Source: Octopus vulgaris
Taxonomy: Eukaryota
Reading direction: 5' to 3'
Length of the DNA stretch: 64,000 nt
NCBI GenBank assembly: GCA_951406725.2
Contig: OX597822.1
Span: 21,948,001-22,012,000, forward strand
Each line of letters opens with the position of its first letter. The first letter of the stretch is position 1. The notes under the pieces were generated by a model. That model was not told the DNA's origin. It searched no databases and saw nothing but the letters and a program-made list of their open reading frames with translations. Shown piece after piece: positions 1 through 12,699 of the stretch. The position numbers were made by a program, and so were the translations under genes.

Positions 1-148
1 AGTCTTACAAATTAGGGATCTCTATTTTCACATATCTTCAAAGGCTTTGAGGTGAGCAACAACAACACTGCCTGTTACAACTTTCACACAGCAAAAATGT
101 GAACAAACGCACTAACACACACATGCATGTGCATACCATTATTCACAT

Positions 149-201
<53 letters not shown>

Positions 202-636
202 CTATACATATATAACTGGTTGCTCTCTTTTGCTGTCTATCAGATACATTCATGGTCAACACAGGGCTCTAATGGACTAGTAGAAGGCACTTATTCAAGG
301 TGCTGCTCAGTAGATCTAAATCCAGAACCACCTGAGGAAAGTACAATAATCCCTTGTCATATTGCAATTCACCTATCACGGTTCACCTACAGTGGTTTAT
401 TATTTAAGCTCCATGGTGTTGTTTTGCATTTATAATAAAATATATACAAATTATAAAAATTAAAATATACTGTACAGTGCTGTTTCTACTTCATAGATTT
501 TCCCTGTTGCAGGGGTTTTGGAACGTAACACCCATGATAGTCAAGGGATTACTGTAATCCTCTTAACCACGCAGTCATGCTTGCATCTGTGTGTGTGTAT
601 TTTCACACACATATACATACAGGCATGTATAATATA

Positions 637-1957
637 CAAGGGGGTGCCCAAACGAAACCAGAATTTTGCAGTATTATTTTATCCACTTAGTTTTACATGT
701 TTATACTTTTATCTCCTTCAAAGTATTCTCCATTTGAAGCAATGCATCGGGGCAGATTCGTTTTCCACTGTTCTGGAGATCTTGAGAAGTGATGCCTTTT
801 AATTCCTCCATCATTTTTTTTCTTCACCTCTTCTACATTTATAAAACGTTTTCTTTTAAAGACATTTTTCATTTGGGGAAACAAAAACAAAAATAAAATG
901 TCACAGGGAGCAATAAAGAATCACAGGTGAAAAAAGAGGGTGGGCAAGTGGGGTCATGCCATTTTTGGTCAAAAACTGTTTCACACTCAAGGGAGTGTGT
1001 GTAGGCATATTGTCGTGATGAAATCACCACTCTCCACTTTACCACAGGTCAAGGTGTTTTCATTTAACCACATCTCGCAAACACTTCAGAAATGCCAAGT
1101 AACATTTCTGGTTAATAGTTTGACCAGGAGGAACAAATTCTGTGTGGACAATTCCTTTTGCATCGATGGAACATATCAGTATTGTCTTGACATTGGACTT
1201 TGCTTGATGCACTTTTTTGGTGTGTGGTGACATTGACTGCTTCCATTGACTTGATTGCTGCTTCATTTCTGGGTTGTAGCTGTAGCACCAGCTCTTGTCA
1301 CCAGCAGTGACCTTCGAAAAATGGTTTTGATCAACTTTCAACTGTTCTTTCACTTCTCAACATGCATTCAGTTGTAACTGCTTTTGATCTTCCGTGAGCA
1401 AGTGAAGCACAAATTTTGCTGCAAATCCTTTTATTTGCAATTCCTCATTCAAAATTCGTTGACAGGAACTCCAGGACACACCAGTCATATCAACAAGTTC
1501 ATCAATTGTTTGGCAATGGTTCTCCAAGATCAGTTCATAAATTTTCGTGATGTTTTCATTCATTTGGGAGGTCAACGGTCACCCTGAACAAAGTTGGTCT
1601 TCAAGCGAGAAGTGACCATTCCTAAAGCACGAATGCCACTTGTAAATTTGTGTTTTGTTCATGACAGTATCCTTGTAAGCTGTTTGAAGCATGAAAACTG
1701 TTTCGGCCACTGTTTTCCCCAGCAGGAAACAGAATTTCACAGAAGCATGCTGTTCCTTCGTTTCAGTCATCACAAAAATTGATGAACAGGTAAGAAACAC
1801 TGCAAAGCAAAGACACACCATGTAACAGTACGGCTTCAGTGGACACTGCTGGTCAGCAGACTGATGCAGGAGGGTCACATCATGTGGCAGAAGCCTGAAC
1901 TACAATGGACTTGTCCCACAGAGACTGTTTCTGATTACTTTTGGGTAACCCCTCTTG
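637..1957 (-). mobile_element. Mariner DNA transposon, full length, decayed transposase
   Basis: Imperfect TIRs (CAAGGGGGTGCCCAAA at 637; TTTTGGGTAACCCCTCTTG ending 1957), each flanked by TA. Broken minus-strand ORFs carry mariner motifs: EQHASVKFCFLLGKT, FAAKFV, TAGDKSWCYSYNPE, EFVPPGQTIN, RCIASNGEYFEG. Confidence 0.92.
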
Positions 1958-1967
1958 TATTTATATA

Positions 1968-2260
1968 TGGGATACAGCACTTTGGTATAAAGCGATTTGG
2001 TCTAAACCACTTTAGTGTAAGACACTTTGGTCTTAAAAGCATTTTCGTCTAAGTATTTTCATCTAAAGACAAAAAGGATTATTACAGTATAGTCATTTAG
2101 AACTTTTACTTTTATTTATTAGAAAGTTATTAGACCAAAATGAGTTTAGACAAAAATGTCTTTAGACTATAGTGTATTTATACAAAAGTCACTTTAGATC
2201 AAAGTTCTTTAGACCATAGCACTTTAGACTCTAATGTTTTAGACAAAAAGTCTTAGATCC
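1968..2260. mobile_element. Small fold-back/MITE-like element built of ~15-16 bp sub-repeats
   Basis: The left half repeats a CACTTTGGTCTAAA-like unit and the right half repeats its complement (TTTAGACCAAAA-like). Ends are TATATGGGAT and ATCCATATA. Confidence 0.55.
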
Positions 2261-2272
2261 ATATATATATAT

Positions 2273-2430
2273 GGACATGACTGTGTGATATGAAGTTTGC
2301 TTCCCAACCATGTGATTTGAGGTTCAGTCCCACTGCATGGTCACCAAGGGCAAGTGTCTTCTACTATAGCATTGGCTCAACCAAAGCCTTGTGAGTGTGT
2401 TCAGTAGACAGAAACTGAATGAAGCCTGTC
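2273..2430 (+). mobile_element. tRNA-derived SINE family A, 5' part
   Basis: B-box-like GGTTCAGTCCC followed by GGGCAAGTGTCTTCTACTATAGC...AAAGCCTTGTGAGT, shared with copies at 4951, 9752 and 55222. Confidence 0.8.
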
Positions 2431-4457
2431 ATACATGCGTGTGCATTTGAGAAGTGTCCACCTGAAGCAAAACAACTTTGTTTTCCATATATATATATTT
2501 TAGACCAATCCAATACTGTTAGAGTAACTCAAACTATTGTTTACTTCTTATGCTATATACATTCTTGTTGCCTTTCCAATAAATTTTTATCTTTCTCCTC
2601 TTCTGTTTCCAGTCTCTCTCTGTCTCAAATCTCTCTAGCTCCCTCTGTCTCTAATTTCTATCTTCCTATTTGTCACCAATTTCTTTAAAGAACCTCTCTG
2701 TCACTCTAATATTTCTATATTTCCAGTAATTCTATAATCTCTCTCTCTCTCTCCTTTTCTAATAATACTCTACTCTCTCTTTCATTAATAATACTTTAAA
2801 ATAAAGCACCTGTAAGATATTTTGCTGTCCAACATGTGCCACACATTTTAATCTTGTAATGTCTATAAAATATTTTTTGTTTTATTAAGATATATATATT
2901 TTACTTGATCTGCAAACCAAAACTACAGTTACAAACATTTGGTGCCAGTCCTCTTTACCATTCTCATCAGGCAGCAAGCATATTTTCAATTATGTCTTTT
3001 ACAAGCTCCATATTAATCATTGTCATTAGATTAAAATGGTCTTGCATTTTTTCTTGTTTCTTTCTCTTAATACTACTAAAAACTACCAACATTGATAAAA
3101 TATTCTACAATTAATCTAAAGCCATTTCTTTTCCAACATTTCACTGCTTTTTATTTCATTATATGATTGTGTCTTACTTAGATTTTGTACTTCAATTCTC
3201 TGTATTTTGTATAATGTTTGTTAACTTACTTTCCACATCACCCAGAAAATATTTAGATATTTATTGTTTGTTGTTTCAGATCTATGTTCAGTACATTAAA
3301 TTTGATCATGTGTTACTTTAACAGCTCTTAGTCTCTGCTTCTGTGTATTCATGCACATGCACACATTATCATCACTATTACTTTAACATGTACTTTTACT
3401 TGCTTGTATGGGTCTCAGATGAAATTTGTTGAGTCAGATTTTCTATGGCTGGATGCCCTTCTTGATATCAATCTTCACCTTTTGCTGACTACGGTAACAT
3501 TTCCCCTTGTTTGTAAGGAAGGTGTGAATTGAATGATACCAAAAGTTCACTAGTGACATTCATTTTATGACCATCAAGTAATGTTAAGGCAAAGAGAGAC
3601 AAACACATCCACACACATATACACATGCTGTACTTTCATATTCCATCTTCCAAATCCCCCACAATCTTTGGCTGGCCCAGGCTCTAAAAGAAGACATTTG
3701 CCCAAAGTATCACAAAATAGAAATGAACCTGAAACCATGTGATTGAGAAGTGTACTTCTTAATTATGAAACCAAGTTTGTGGCTATATGGTATGCCTGCA
3801 TTTATATCTATTTAATCTATCTGTCTATCTATCTGTGCATAAATACATGTTTTATCAACTTTTCTGTAATACCAGTTATTTTCACACAATTGGAACCTCC
3901 TCAATTGACTTACTGCCTTCTTTCTTACATTGTCCCTTTCCATTCACATTTTACATTGATCATCCTTACCCTGCTATGCTATGAAATTATCTCTCCCCCT
4001 TTACTGAACCATTTACTGATAAGTTTCTCATATCATCATAAATTTCCAACTCTCACTCCCCACGCATTATATCTTTCTCTCTTTCACACTCAACAACTCT
4101 ATGACTTACACACTTGTAAATTTCCATTTCCTCTGTCCACTTCCTTTCTATTCTAAAGTTTCATTATCTTGCATAAAGCTTCTTCCTTCTCTTCTGAAGC
4201 CTCACTCAGGTGAGGGGATTCTTAGTCTTGTGAACTACACTGTGCCTTCAAGAGTGTTAGTCTCAAAAAAAAAAAAGTACCCAAGTACCCATACACTCTG
4301 TAAAGCAATTGGCATAAGAATAAATGTTGAGCTACAGAAACCATGCCAAAGCAGGTATTACAGTATGATGCATATATTATAAACTTCTAATCTGTTAGGT
4401 TCCTTCAAACTGTTCAACCCATGCTAGCATGATGAAAGACAAGCATGATGAAAGACA

Positions 4458-4668
4458 CGTTAGCACACTGGGCGAAATGCGTAGCCATATTTCGTCTGCC
4501 GTTACGTTCTGAGTTCAAATTCCGCCGAGGTCGACTTTGCCTTTCATCCTTTCGGGGTCGATAAATTAAGTACGAGTTTTGCACTGGGGTCGATGTAATC
4601 GACTTAATCCCTTTGTCTGTCCTTGTTTGTCCCCTCTATGTTTAGCCCCTTGTGGGTAGTAAAGAAAT
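4458..4668 (+). mobile_element. SINE family B
   Basis: GTTCTGAGTTCAAATTCCGCCGAGGTCGACTTTGCCTTTCATCCTTTCGGGGTCGATAAATTAAGTAC core, near-identical to the copy at 13087. Confidence 0.85.
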
Positions 4669-4729
4669 ATATATATACATACATATAATATATACACACA
4701 CACACATATATATATACATATATATATAC

Positions 4730-4762
<33 letters not shown>

Positions 4763-4801
4763 CATATATATACATACATATCTATATATATACATACATA
4801 T

Positions 4802-4862
<61 letters not shown>

Positions 4863-4950
4863 CATATATATATACATATATATATAATTATTATTATTAT
4901 TATTATTATTATTATCATTGTTTAATGTCCAGACATATATACATATCTTT

Positions 4951-5360
4951 TATGTTTTACTTGCTTCAGTCATTCGACTGCAGCCATGCTGGAACACTGA
5001 CTTGAAGAATTTTAGTTGAGTGAATCGATTCCAGTACATATTTTTGTAAAGCTTGGTACTTTTCTTTTGGTCTCCTTTGTTGAACCAATAAGTTACAAGG
5101 GCATAAACACACCAACCCCAGTTGTCAAGCAGTGGCTGAGAACAAACACAGACAGAAAGACACAGACACACACATGCACACATATAAATATAATATATAT
5201 GACAGGCTTCTTTCAGTTTGTTTACCAAAACCACTCACAAGGCTTTGCTCAGCCTGAGGCTAGAGTAGAAGACACTTGCCCAAAGTGCCATGCAGTGAGA
5301 CTGAACCAAGAACCCTGTGCTTAGGAAGCAAGCATCTTAACACCCAACCACACTTGTACC
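4951..5360 (-). mobile_element. SINE family A, full length, with internal microsatellite
   Basis: Reverse complement of the family A head and body, internal (CA)/(TA) tract, and the CAGCATGGC..CAGTC..GACTGAA 3' tail. Confidence 0.85.
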
Positions 5361-5639
5361 TACATATACATGTATATATATATATAATTTAATATATTTT
5401 ACATTGTGATATAGAACTGATGCAGAACCCGTTACATTAAGTAAAGTGGATAAATATGTTATTATATGAAAAGTTACTCTGAGTTTCACACTGGGCTGAG
5501 TTATTCAGGTCAGCCATGAATAGCCCCAGCTCAAGATGAAACTCAGAGTAGACTGTCAACTATTGATATTATAAACTTACATATGTATCATCTATTATAT
5601 ATTGTTGTCATGCTGCTGTTCAAATATAAATCATAGGAA

Positions 5640-6600
5640 TATTCAATATAAAGTTTTATCCATTCTTTTGTTGCTTTGTTTGTAAGTGGAGTACATTTAA
5701 TTCTGTTTTGTTTTATTATTCTTTAAGTTACCATTAAAGTTTATATTTTCTATGGTATTCTCTTGTAGTTGTTGGTTTGTATGAAAATTGTTGTTATTAT
5801 TGTTATTATTTATTAACAATAATTTTCGTACACACTCCAGCTAGGCATTGTTCCTTATAAAAATTTTCAGTCATTTGTATTTAGAAGATTGCATAATTTG
5901 TCAGCAAACTTGTTAATGGAGTCAAAAGTAAACCAGCAGAAGGGAAGATAAGGAGGCTCCTGAAAGATTCTTCCAATGAATGGTCTTAATAATCTTCTTT
6001 CTGTCCTGCAGTGATATAGTTATTTTCTATTTTGACATAGCATGGTTGATGAGTTATTATTGGACCTACTTTATTTATCTGGAATGTCTCCAATATCTAA
6101 AAGTATCGTATGTTATCAAATGGATTTTGGTTATCAATCTATGCTATGCTAAGAATGTTTTTTTTCCCTTCCTATTTTTGCTATCTCGAATAATAGCTCA
6201 ATTTACCTGTAGCTGCTATTTGCAGTCATATGTCCCTTTCTGGCACCATTACTGGTTAGGTATTATTGTTTTCCATGTTAGCAGCTACTTGCTGTAGATG
6301 TAAGAATTTTGTATGTTGGCAACACAAAAGTTATTAGCCTTTTAGTTTTGTGGGCCTCTGGCATTTTTGATTTCAAGAATCAATATCATTTTATTCTCTA
6401 TTAACCATTTAAATATTGATTCTAGTTTATTTACTATTTCATTGAATACTGGTACCATGCAGTCTTGAGTAATTGTTCGATGTTTCAATCCCAAATTGAG
6501 GACTATGTTCATTCTAGTTATTTGTAGCTTTTAAAATGCTACTTTGTTCCATGATAATTCTGATGTATCAGGGATATTGCATATCCCCACTGATTCATAG
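5640..6600 (-). mobile_element. Highly decayed non-LTR retrotransposon RT, R4/Dong-like
   Basis: Manual minus-strand translation across stops and frameshifts gives PQN.R.IT..LPTYKILT, KGTYDCK.QL, LSIA.ID.Q.PFD and GRIFQ..SLSSLL. The clade assignment is tentative. Confidence 0.5.
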
Positions 6601-6734
6601 TACTAAATGTTTATGCTCAATGTTTTCTCCTAATTTGTTCATTGGTGTTGAGGTTCTATCTGGGTCATAACTGGATAATTTCATAATTTTCATAAATTTC
6701 TGTTGGTACTAATACTTTAATTGGAACACATTTC

Positions 6735-7290
6735 TTTCCTAATAGTCTGAATCCCATCAAGTGCTCACCATCTTCTTACAATCAGGCAATGTGAGGAATA
6801 TTTTCAACTTCCTCACAGGATATGTTAACAGCATCGGCTATTTGATTTGTAGCCAATCACCTGCCATTCATCACCATATGATGAACATGATCAATGTTTT
6901 CCTTGGTGGTGCAGTTACAGGATGTCCAGATGTTGGGTCATCTTCGGGGATCTCCCTTCTTCACTTAATTTCAGTTACCCACCTTTTCACTGCTGATAAA
7001 GCTGGAGCATCATCCTCTATTGTGGCAACCATGTGAGCATGAATGTCTTTGTGGACTAAGCCCATTTTCTGCAGGTACTTTATAACACTATGATACAAAA
7101 TTTTGTCCATTTTCAGAAGAAGTCACTACTAGTTACATTTGAAGTTTTCTTTAAACAGTAAGATATTAGTTTACCTGGAAAGAAACAATGCAGTTTTTAA
7201 TAAAAAGAGTTGAAATTAATATATGCAAGATTTCACAGCTCTAGCATCACTCCTTTATTGTCAGCTTATGAACTTTTCATCCCACTCCTG
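6735..7290 (-). mobile_element. Decayed mariner, 5' half
   Basis: TIR-like end GTCAGCTTATGAACTTTTCATCCCACTCCTG followed by TA at about 7260-7292, with degenerate N-terminal transposase-like sequence upstream. Confidence 0.55.
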
Positions 7291-9302
7291 TAAAATCTGA
7301 GATCCAATGAAGTGAGGAGATAATTCATGTTTAATTCCAAAAGTAATACAAAAATGGGTATAACTTTTATTATTGACATTTAATCATTCAAATTTTACAT
7401 GTTAGAATAACTGTTCCTCTAAATAAAGGAATTATTCAACATCTTCTATAATGCCTTGTGATCATTCTCCAGTTGTGCTGGAAGATCACAGATTGTGACA
7501 TATCTATCCTTGCAAACCACTTAGTCCACTTGATGGACTTACAAATTTGTGATCACAGTTGCTCGTCTCCTATTGTATAGTTTGTCTTCAATGTTGGACC
7601 CCCACTTCTTTAAACTGCTTCACCCATCTGCGCACATTACTCTTGTCAGTGATGTCATCTCCATAAATAACCAGCAGCCTTCTGTAGATGGTGAACAATC
7701 TGCTCCACTACTTCATCAAGAGCACGGTGATGGCACATTGCTTTTGCTTCAGACTTATCATTTCTCTGCAATGAAGAACAGGAAGAAGAATTACTATGGC
7801 GAAAGAGTTATTCTGCTAACGTGTACAATTTAAATGACATTTGTCAGTTAAAAGTGTTTCCCACTTTTACATTATTCTGGGAGATGATCCTCATATATAT
7901 GGCATGAAGAGTAACTGTGGACCCAACAACTGATTTTTATGAATAAAAATCTTTGGTTGTACAGAAATATAAGATTGTAAACATATGATAATGATGATGA
8001 AAAAAGGTGATAGTGGTGATGATGATAAAAAATCATAATGGTGGTGGTAATGAGAATGGTGGTGGAGATAATAATGGTGATGATGATGATGAAGTCATGA
8101 TGATGTTTATGATTCATTAAAAAAAATTCAGATGAATGTTTATGACATTTTCTGTCACCTTTATTCTTATTTCTGTTTCATTTTGTTTATCTATTTATTT
8201 ATAATACTTTTTGATTTTATCAGGTTTATTGCAAGTTCGTTGGAATAAAATAGAAAATTCTTTAGAAATGAATGAATGCTGTAATTAATTAAATCTGTGC
8301 ATCTCAATGAAATAAACTAGCTTGAAATTGCATAGGTGCATTCTGTTTTGTTTCTTAGTGAAATCTTCTGAGCATCAGCCCACATGCACACATATATGTA
8401 AGTATACATGAATGTTTATATGTGTATATATATATATACATATGTATGAATAGGTGTGTATATACATATATGGTCGTGAATGTATGTATGTGTATGTGTA
8501 TAATTTTCATCTGAATTTTTGTGGATGTGTTCCTGAAGGTGTTATTTATGGAATCCTGAAGACTCATAGCAGCTTTATAATTCATAGTTTAGCCTTGAAT
8601 TTATCGATTTCCACTCTGATGAAACCGTTGCACTAACTGACAGAGTGCAGGTTAGCATATATCTGCTTGAAGCATTTGTTCAACTGACCAAATAAACAAC
8701 CTTTTTGGATTATTGTTGTCAAGATATTGGTAGTGCGGTCACCCTCACAGCTCTCACTACCACTCTCATCACTAACACCATTGTCACAACTATAACTCTC
8801 AGTAACTCTTATCCTCATTTTCTTCAGAAAATGTTGTATGTGTGGATAGTGTATTGTATTTTAACCCAGCAAAACCTTGATGTAGCAGATTCATGGTCAA
8901 ATACATACAAGCCATGATCATCTTGTCTTCTTTTTTCCTAATCACAGTGTACTCTAGATTGCAATATTTCATATGTCCCATTTTTTTAATATGATAGGAT
9001 GTGATTTAAGAAATATTTAGTTATTATTTCTTGTAGGTTAAGTGATCATGTAGAGTTTCTATTGTTTAAAGGTGGTTGTGTAGGTAGTTATAAAGAGTTT
9101 GGAGCTGAGGTTTCTATGGAAACAAGGTATGCTTCTTGTGTCTCCAGATGGTCTTTCATAAAGCACTATTGAAAAATCACAATTCTTTCCATGAGCCAAT
9201 GGATGACCTATAGTGCAGTTGCTTAGTATGCTTGAAATGCCACTCAAAACATTCTCAAATCACAACTAACTGTCTCAGAAATGGAAGGTTATATTTATGT
9301 AG

Positions 9303-9338
<36 letters not shown>

Positions 9339-9343
<5 letters not shown>

Positions 9344-9611
9344 CAAAATAAGCAACAATGATATCCAAGGTAGTGTAGTACAATCGTTTCATGCTACTTC
9401 ATTTTATTAAACAATGTAAGTATTACATCAGTTTTAAAATGTAAAGCAATCTTCAACCACATGTTGAATTTTTTTAATCAAATGGACAATATACATTTTT
9501 ATACTTATTTCTTTCAATTAATTAAAAAAATTCTATATGTGGCTGAAGATTGTTTTACATTTTAAAACTGATGTAATACCTTTGATATCCTTGTTGCTTA
9601 TTTTGATTATA
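9339..9611. mobile_element. Fold-back element with hammerhead fold (Penelope pLTR/retrozyme-like)
   Basis: Arms 9339-9480 and 9521-9611 are reverse complements; the right arm lacks about 50 bp. (TA)n lies immediately left and again at about 9707. Confidence 0.7.
9374..9461 (-). ncRNA. Type I hammerhead ribozyme, C3U variant
   Basis: UGUGG-UUGAAGA-long stem II (UGCU..CAUUUUA/UAAAAUG..AGCA)-GAAA-CGAUUG-UA|-CUACA. The opposite arm retains canonical CUGAAGA at 9543-9549. Confidence 0.6.
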
Positions 9612-9751
9612 ATTACCCCATTTGATTTATATGGATAATACCATGCCAAATTCTGGTGCCTTTAACTTAAATACCATATTCATTGAATCTAAATTTTGCT
9701 GAACTTATATATATATATATATATACATACATACATACACATGCATATGTA

Positions 9752-10130
9752 GACACAGGCTTGACTATGTGCTAAGAAGGTCGCATTCCAACCACATGGT
9801 TTTGGGTTGAATCCCACTGCATGGGCAAGTTCTTTCTACTATAGCTTTGGGCTGATTAAAGCTTTGTGAGTAGATGTAGACAGAAACTGAAAGAAGCTTG
9901 TTATGTATGTATGTATGTATGTATGTATGTGTGTGCATGTGTTTGTCCCCCACCACTGCTTGACAACCAGTGTTAGTGTGTTTACATCCCTATAACTTAG
10001 TTTGGCAAGAGTGACTGATAGGATCAGCATCACGCTTAAAAAAAGTACTGGGGTTAAGACATTTGATTAAAAATTCTTCAAGGTGATGCCCCAGCATGGC
10101 CATGGTCTAATGGCTGAAACAACTAAAAGG
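9752..10130 (+). mobile_element. SINE family A, full length
   Basis: Family A head and body, internal (TATG)n, and tail CCCCAGCATGGCCATGGTCTAATGGCTGAAAC. Confidence 0.85.
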
Positions 10131-10144
10131 CAAAATATATCTCT

Positions 10145-10201
<57 letters not shown>

Positions 10202-10510
10202 CAGATCGCAATGGCCTAGTGGTTAGGGCAGTGGACTCACGGTCGTAGGATCGTGGTTTGGATTCCCATACCAGACGTTGTGAGTGTTTATTGAGCGAAA
10301 ACACCTAAAGCTCCACGTAGCTCCGGCTGGGGGTTGTGGCAATCCCTGCTGTACTCTTTCACCACAACTTTCTCTCACTCTTTCTTCTGTTGGCCTGCTC
10401 GCTTAGCCGTCGGGGTGGCTTCATTTGAAGGCTAAAACAATGCAAAGCACATTGTGACCAGCGATGTGTAGCAACATCTGATAGCCTAGTCGGTCACGGT
10501 GACCACGGTG

Positions 10511-10511
<1 letters not shown>
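10202..10511 (+). mobile_element. tRNA-derived SINE family C
   Basis: A box TGGCCTAGTGG and B box GGTTTGGATTCC. The first ~185 bp are homologous to the copies at 52810 and 53694. Confidence 0.85.
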
Positions 10512-10543
<32 letters not shown>

Positions 10544-11295
10544 AAGATATAGAAACGGAGAGAGAGAGAGAGCATGGGGAGCTTGTCTAAAAAAACAGAC
10601 CAGCTAGATACTACTAGAATATTCTTAATCACAGGTCTTCTTTGTCATAGATGACCAAAGTTAAAATTAAATCATCATCACTAAATTTCGCACTCAGGCC
10701 AGGCAACAGCATCACTGCCACCACCACCACCACCACCACCACCATCACCACTACACTTCTCATTATGTACAAACAGTAAAAGTAGAAATTAGGAATTAAC
10801 TAAAGAGACTGAAATAGAAGATACTGGAGATATTGTTAATGAAGATAGAAACATGAGATTCATAAGAATTGAGAAAATGACAACAAACATAGCAGAACAA
10901 CAATAACCTAATAATTGGGGAATGAATGGAATAGGAGATGGTGAGGTTTACTATTTGAATATGGTGATAGATTAATTAGTTTACCAAACTGTGTAGAAGA
11001 TCAGAGAAAGATGTTAAGGTGGGAACTGAAGAACTGAAACAAAGGGTGGCTGCAGAAAGTGCTAGAACCAAAAGGTAAGGAGAGAGAAAGGAACAATTTT
11101 ACCAAAACATATTTTCAAAGTAACATTTTGAGACACCATAAATGACTGACTTCTTATATTGCTTCTTGAAGGTCAATAGACCCCTATCCCTCTCCTCTCT
11201 TCCAGAGTATGGGATTTGATGTTATTGATTAAATCCTACCCTAAATTTCAAGTTTCATGCCTATGTTAGAAACAATCATCAACGACATTATGTTA

Positions 11296-11465
11296 ATGAG
11301 CTGGCAGAATTGTTAGCTTGTGAGAAAAATGCTTAGCAGTATTTCTTCTGACTTAATGTCCTGAGTTCAAATTCTACTTTGCTTTTCATCATTTTAGGTT
11401 CAATAAAATAAGTACTAGTCAATAAGTACTGGGATTGATGTAATTCATCTACCTCTCCCCTCAAA
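11296..11465 (+). mobile_element. SINE family B, old copy
   Basis: GAGCTGGCAGAATTGTTAGC...CTGAGTTCAAATTC...TTTTCATC...AATAAAATAAGTAC. Confidence 0.7.
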
Positions 11466-12699
11466 AATGTAATATTTCATTGCATTTTAATTTCATTTTC
11501 TAAACTTGATTTTCATCTAATTTCTGTTATTTTACAATTTTCACTAACACTATTGCATATTGAAGGAAAATTAAACAAATCTATACAGAGAACCATCCTA
11601 CTGATTCTGAACTGTAGTATCATTTTTTCCTGTCTAGTCACTAATATCAGTAATTTAATCACTTTGGCTTTTCCAGATTCTATAAACTGACACAAAATGT
11701 ATTCAAACTCATAGGCTGTCAGAATGTATGATACAAGGTGCTATAAATTTGCCTTCCAGTATCCTTACATTGAAAATCATACATAGTTCTTTTCTATCTC
11801 TTTCATATTTTGTTTCTTACATTGATATGTTTTCCACCAATCTGGTTCTCAATGTGTTTCTGTTGCCTTCCCCAAGGTACAAATGCTGATATATTTACAT
11901 GTTTATAGATTGACAGTCTATAAACATATAAATATATAAATCATTGTACCTTCTATTCTGTGTGTATTTGTTCAAAGAGTGCAAGTCGAATTAAGCCCTT
12001 AAGTACTATCTGGAGAAAAGGATAAACCTTATTCTCGCATGCTTTCTCTTTGCTAGCAGAAAGATTAAAAGACAATCTTTTATTGTAACATCTATTTTGC
12101 ACCAATTTAGATATTCAATGTTTCAGGTGAACAGTTGAATAGATTTTCTGATTCAGGTATTTTAGCAGATGAGAATATTAAAAGAAACATTTGCTTTCTT
12201 TTATTTTTCCCCCTGTTTTTGCCTTTCAAGGTAATCATTTTGTAATAAGTTTCTTTATTTCTCACTGTTTGCAGTGACTGTCCATTGTTAGGAATATCTA
12301 CTCCTCTTACATTGTTCTGAAATCCCTGTTGATATTTGTCACAGGTTTGTATCTAGGGTGAGGACAGTGTGTTTACATTAACATTGCTACCACTGTAGTG
12401 AGCAACAGGATCTATACTTTCATAAGACAATGCTTTCATAAGACTCTGTTACAGAACATAAAAATATAAAAAGTTGAAAATGATCAAGAACAGGCCACGT
12501 TATTTACCACCCCAAATAAACAGGTCAACAATGAAATGTTCCAAAACCTTCTCTTCAGTAAAATACAACAGAAGCAACTTTCCCTTGTAAGTACTGGGAC
12601 CAGATATTGATTTGATCTCAATCAGTGTATAAAATTGTGAGAAATTCTATCTTTGTAAGACGTGTATTGTAGCAAAACAGGAGGGCAACATTTTCATTT

